From assembly GCA_963790205.1 (NCBI GenBank), contig CAWBNQ010000001.1, positions 128,001 to 192,000 of the forward strand: 64,000 nucleotides of DNA, written 5' to 3'. Under the pieces are notes generated by a model. The model saw only the letters and a list, made by a program, of their open reading frames with translations, had not been told where the DNA came from and did no database searches. Source of the stretch: Nitrospirota bacterium. Lineage in GTDB: Bacteria > Nitrospirota > UBA9217. Shown in pieces: positions 60,504-64,000 of the stretch (its first letter is position 1; each line of letters opens with the position of its first letter). Made by a program: the position numbers and the translations under genes.

Positions 60504-61397
60504 TTAACGTCTCCTTTTGGTCTTCTGCCTCGTACCTTGGTCTGCTTTTTTCACCACCATCGCCGCGACCTGGCGCTCGGGACGGAGATCCACGTAGGCG
60601 ATGTCGAGGCCCCGCTGCTGCACGTCCGCCATGACCTCGGAAAGCCTGCGGAGCTTCTCCGCGTAATTGCCGCTTCCGATCTTGAACTCGTGCGACGCGT
60701 ATACGACACTCAGCGTCTCGGGAGAGTTCGCCTTGACCATGACCTCGGAAAGCCGCCATCCGCCGCGGGCCGAGATCTCTGCAAGAAGCGTCAGCGCCTC
60801 GGCCGTGCTTTCGGAATTCACCGGTTCTCCCGCTTCCGCCTTGCAGTCTTTGACGGCAATGACCGGAAGCGGCCAGGCGGAAGCCTCATCCTGTGCAAGC
60901 CGCTCGATGACCACTGCCTCGTTGTCTATCAGATACCTGCCGGCGCCGGTATCCAGGATAGCGTCGGGAACGCGCTCGACAACGGTCATGCTGATCCTGT
61001 TCGGCAGGCGCCGGTAGACCCGGATGTCCCTTATCCAGGGATTCTCATGTGCCCGCCGGGCTGCGGCCTCGAGGTCTACGCGAAAGATGTTCTGCCCCTT
61101 AAACATGCCGGCGATGCCCTTAAGGTCTGCCTCGCTGAGGTGCCGCACGCCGTTCACGTCGACTCCGGATATCTGAAATATCTCTGCATGCGTGAGCAGC
61201 CGGTACGCTTGCCAGCACAGCCAGCTTCCGCCGGCAAGGACGACAATCGCCAGGATATTCAGAAGGGCCTTCTTGAATCCCGCCGCGCCGGTCCCCCTTC
61301 GCCCGCCGGCGCGGCCCGCCTCAACGCGTCTGACGGTTGCGCGGCCCGTAGTCGTCCGGTACTTCCTCGGGACTTTTACGTTCTTATAGTCTCGCAT
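60504..61397 (-). CDS. ftsQ: Cell division protein FtsQ/DivIB
   Basis: Basic N-terminus, single TM, POTRA (PWIRD..RRLPN), YVDLR; lies between ddl and ftsA. Confidence 0.9.
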   Translation of the reverse strand: MRDYKNVKVPRKYRTTTGRATVRRVEAGRAGGRRGTGAAGFKKALLNILAIVVLAGGSWLCWQAYRLLTHAEIFQISGVDVNGVRHLSEADLKGIAGMFKGQNIFRVDLEAAARRAHENPWIRDIRVYRRLPNRISMTVVERVPDAILDTGAGRYLIDNEAVVIERLAQDEASAWPLPVIAVKDCKAEAGEPVNSESTAEALTLLAEISARGGWRLSEVMVKANSPETLSVVYASHEFKIGSGNYAEKLRRLSEVMADVQQRGLDIAYVDLRPERQVAAMVVKKADQGTRQKTKRRR

Positions 61398-61484
61398 ATA
61401 CGATTTCAGATTTTGGATTGTCGATTGCCGATTGAACGGCTGCAATTTCCATAAATCTGCAATCTGAAATCGACAATCGAAAAC

Positions 61485-62411
61485 CTATGTTCTCTCCAGC
61501 GCCAGTCTCAGTATCTCTTCCACCAGATCGGGAAACGATATCCCGACGCCCTTCGCGATCTCCGGCAGCAGGCTGGTGGCGGTCATGCCCGGCAGAGTGT
61601 TCACTTCGAGAATATGGGGCGCGCCGCTTTCGTCGATAATGAAGTCGACCCTGCTGTAGCCCCGGCCGCCGATGGCGCGGTGCGCGGCCATACCCGCTTC
61701 GAGCGTCCGTTGATAGTCCGCCTCGGGGATACGGGCCGGGAAAAAGTGGTCCGACATGCCTTTCTCGTACTTCGCCGCGTAATCATAGAATGCCCGCTTC
61801 GGGACGATTTCGATGGCGCCGAGCGCCCGGGCTCCGAGGATGCCGACCTGGACCTCCTTGCCTTTGATGAATTTTTCGATCAGGATCTCGTCCCCGTATT
61901 TGAACGCAAGCTCCACTGCCGGCGTGACTTCCTCGTTCTTGAAGACAAGGCTCACGCCCACGCTCGAGCCCTCGGCATGGGGCTTGATCACGACCGGATA
62001 CTGCAGATGGGAGACAATGCTGTGCACGTCGCCGGCGCTGCCGGCATAGATGACCTCGTAGGGGCCGACAAACAGGCCCTGCGACCTGAATACCTGCTTC
62101 GATACGGTCTTGTTCATGCCGAGAGCGCTCGCCAGGATGCCGGAGCCGGTATAGGGGATTCCCATGACTTCGAGCATGCCCTGGATCGCGCCGTCCTCGC
62201 CGAACTTGCCGTGAAGGGCGATAAAAGCGGCCTCGATGCCCTGTTCGTGGATTTTCCCGGCAACGTCTCTGCCCACGTCGACGGCAACGGCGTGGTAGCC
62301 CTTTTCATGAAGCGCTTTTAAAATGGCGGTGCCGCTCGCGATGGACACTTCGCGCTCCGAAGACAACCCGCCCAGGAGGACACCGATCTTTTTATTCGTA
62401 ACAAGAGCCAT
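61485..62411 (-). CDS. ddl: D-alanine--D-alanine ligase
   Basis: GGLSSEREVS, LHGKFGEDG, EGSSVG, YDYAAKY, EVNTLPG. Confidence 0.97.
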   Translation of the reverse strand: MALVTNKKIGVLLGGLSSEREVSIASGTAILKALHEKGYHAVAVDVGRDVAGKIHEQGIEAAFIALHGKFGEDGAIQGMLEVMGIPYTGSGILASALGMNKTVSKQVFRSQGLFVGPYEVIYAGSAGDVHSIVSHLQYPVVIKPHAEGSSVGVSLVFKNEEVTPAVELAFKYGDEILIEKFIKGKEVQVGILGARALGAIEIVPKRAFYDYAAKYEKGMSDHFFPARIPEADYQRTLEAGMAAHRAIGGRGYSRVDFIIDESGAPHILEVNTLPGMTATSLLPEIAKGVGISFPDLVEEILRLALERT

Positions 62412-62416
62412 GATTT

Positions 62417-62540
62417 AAAATTACAAATCCCAAATGCCAAACATCAAATAATACTCAAAATTCCAATGACCAAAACGTTTGGAATTTACAAGTTTCGTGC
62501 TTGTAGTTTATTTGGTATTTGGTGCTTGTTGTTTGGAATT
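62417..62540. repeat. Heptamer-built imperfect palindrome; similar tracts at 10667-10770, 52340-52415, 59025-59088 and 61400-61482
   Basis: Runs such as ttacaaa/tcccaaa/tgccaaa mirrored by tttggta/tttggtg/tttggaa. Confidence 0.6.
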
Positions 62541-62548
62541 TGTCCCTC

Positions 62549-63457
62549 CTAATCTTCCCCGAGGATCTTGATCTCCGGCTCGAGCCGCACGCCGTGCACC
62601 TCGAGCACGGTCTGCTTCACGACCTCCATGAGCGTCAGCACGTCCCTGGCCGTCGCTTTGCCCCGGTTCACGATAAAGTTGGCGTGCCTTTCGGAGACTT
62701 GCGCCTCGCCGACCGTTTTTCCCTTGAGTTTCGCAGTTTCGATGAGCTTGCCCGCCGATTCTTCATACGGGTTCTTGAACACCGAGCCTGCACTGGGAAA
62801 ACCCATGGGCTGTCGCTGCTTCCTCTTGTCGAAAAGGTCCTTGACGCGCGCTTTTATCTGTTCCTTGTCCCCGCGGCGCAGGACGACCCGTACTTCAACG
62901 ACAAAGTGGCCCTCGGGAATGTTCGCAGTGCGATAACCGAACTCCATCTCGTCCCTGTTTCTCGTGACGGACTCGCCGTCGGGCGCAACGAGCGCCACCG
63001 ACTCGACGATATCGCCGAACTCCCCCGCTGCCGTACCGGCATTCATGCACACGGCGCCGCCGACCGTACCCGGGATGCCTCCGGCAAATTCGAGCCCGGT
63101 GAATCCCTGGTCAGTGGCAAACGAATGAAGCTTGGGCAGGGGCGCTCCCGCCTCGGCAAGCACCGCGGCGAAAGCGCCTCCCACGGACCGGTACTCGCGC
63201 TCGATCCGGATGGCCCCCATGCGCTGCAGGGTGATCACCACGCCGCGAAAGCCGCCGTCGCGCACGAGCAGGTTGGTGCCGCCGCCGAGGATGAAATACT
63301 TCAGCCGTTGTTTGTTGATCTCCTTGAGCAGCGTGATGAGATCGTCGCGGTCGGCCGGATAGGCAAGTATGTCCGCCGGTCCTCCGATGGCGAACGACGT
63401 GTGCCTGCTGAGCGGTTCGTTTCTCTTTATCTCTCCCTTAAAGTTTGCGAGCTCCAT
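62549..63457 (-). CDS. murB: UDP-N-acetylenolpyruvoylglucosamine reductase
   Basis: HTSFAIGGPA, GIPGTVGG..MNAG, GSVFKNP, HANF. Confidence 0.97.
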   Translation of the reverse strand: MELANFKGEIKRNEPLSRHTSFAIGGPADILAYPADRDDLITLLKEINKQRLKYFILGGGTNLLVRDGGFRGVVITLQRMGAIRIEREYRSVGGAFAAVLAEAGAPLPKLHSFATDQGFTGLEFAGGIPGTVGGAVCMNAGTAAGEFGDIVESVALVAPDGESVTRNRDEMEFGYRTANIPEGHFVVEVRVVLRRGDKEQIKARVKDLFDKRKQRQPMGFPSAGSVFKNPYEESAGKLIETAKLKGKTVGEAQVSERHANFIVNRGKATARDVLTLMEVVKQTVLEVHGVRLEPEIKILGED

Positions 63458-64000
63458 GTTTTAGTTTCTCCAGTACCTCTTCCCCGACCTTCCACACGTC
63501 GCCCGCGCCAAGCGTGATCATGAGATCGCCCTTCTTCAGCACGGTTGCCATGTGGTCCGCAATTTTTTCCTTTTCTGCGATATACGTGACGTCCTTATGG
63601 CCGTGACTCTTGATGCCTTCGTAAAGCGCCTGGCCGGATACGCCGGGAATGGGCTTTTCCCCCGCCGCGTAGATGTCCGTAACGACCAGTTTGTCCGCCT
63701 GATTGAAGGCGGTAAAGAATTCCTCGAGCAAATGCTGCGTCCGCGTATAGCGGTGCGGCTGGAACACGACCACGACCCGGCGCTCCATGCCCGACGCGGC
63801 CGCCGCGAGCGTGGCCTTTACTTCCGTGGGATGATGGCCGTAATCGTCTACAACGATGATTCCGTCCACCTCGCCCTTGATCTGGAAGCGGCGCTGCACC
63901 CCGCTGAAGTCTTTGAGCGCTTTCCTGACAATTTCGAGGTCGATGTCCAGTTCCCGCGCCACGGCAATGGCCGCGAGGCTGTTGTTGATATTATGCACCC
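63438..64000 (-). CDS. murC: UDP-N-acetylmuramate--L-alanine ligase, 3' part
   Basis: RRF, DDYGHHPTE, FQPHRYTRT, GAGDV. Confidence 0.95.
   Translation of the reverse strand, partial: VHNINNSLAAIAVARELDIDLEIVRKALKDFSGVQRRFQIKGEVDGIIVVDDYGHHPTEVKATLAAAASGMERRVVVVFQPHRYTRTQHLLEEFFTAFNQADKLVVTDIYAAGEKPIPGVSGQALYEGIKSHGHKDVTYIAEKEKIADHMATVLKKGDLMITLGAGDVWKVGEEVLEKLKHGARKL

Overview
A 64-kb, GC-rich chromosomal segment from an anaerobic sulfur-cycling bacterium. Gene content and the tmRNA tag ANNELAYAA suggest Nitrospirota of the Thermodesulfovibrionia type (inference). Left part (1-16 kb): guaA 5' end and a compact sulfate-activation cluster adk-sat-aprBA-qmoABC-CBS-hppA. Middle part (16-36 kb), accessory: a GGDEF-EAL protein; the mercury-methylation operon hgcC-hgcA-hgcB; divergently, a heptaheme lipoprotein cytochrome preceded by a palindrome, a sigma-54 promoter and a GEMM-I riboswitch of the A20 (3',3'-cGAMP-type) variant; a Cys-tailed ECF sigma factor with its probable target promoter ahead of three DUF3795 genes and osmC; a TetR/DJ-1 pair with two operators; an EamA/methyltransferase/PLP-enzyme operon behind an apparently unannotated leaderless, Ala-rich attenuator; vapBC; and several gene remnants. 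Right part (36-64 kb): EndoQ, tmRNA, the pgeF-yggS-proC-yggT-divIVA-yggU block, a radical SAM gene, cysteine synthase, a hybrid kinase, trmJ and the distal dcw cluster (murC-murB-ddl-ftsQ-ftsA-ftsZ). Four single-base insertions, one in ftsA, are probably sequencing errors. Intergenic DNA is rich in small palindromic repeats, including a roughly 43-bp element seen in filled, empty and nested states. All calls come from reading the sequence and recalling motifs; no database search was run.
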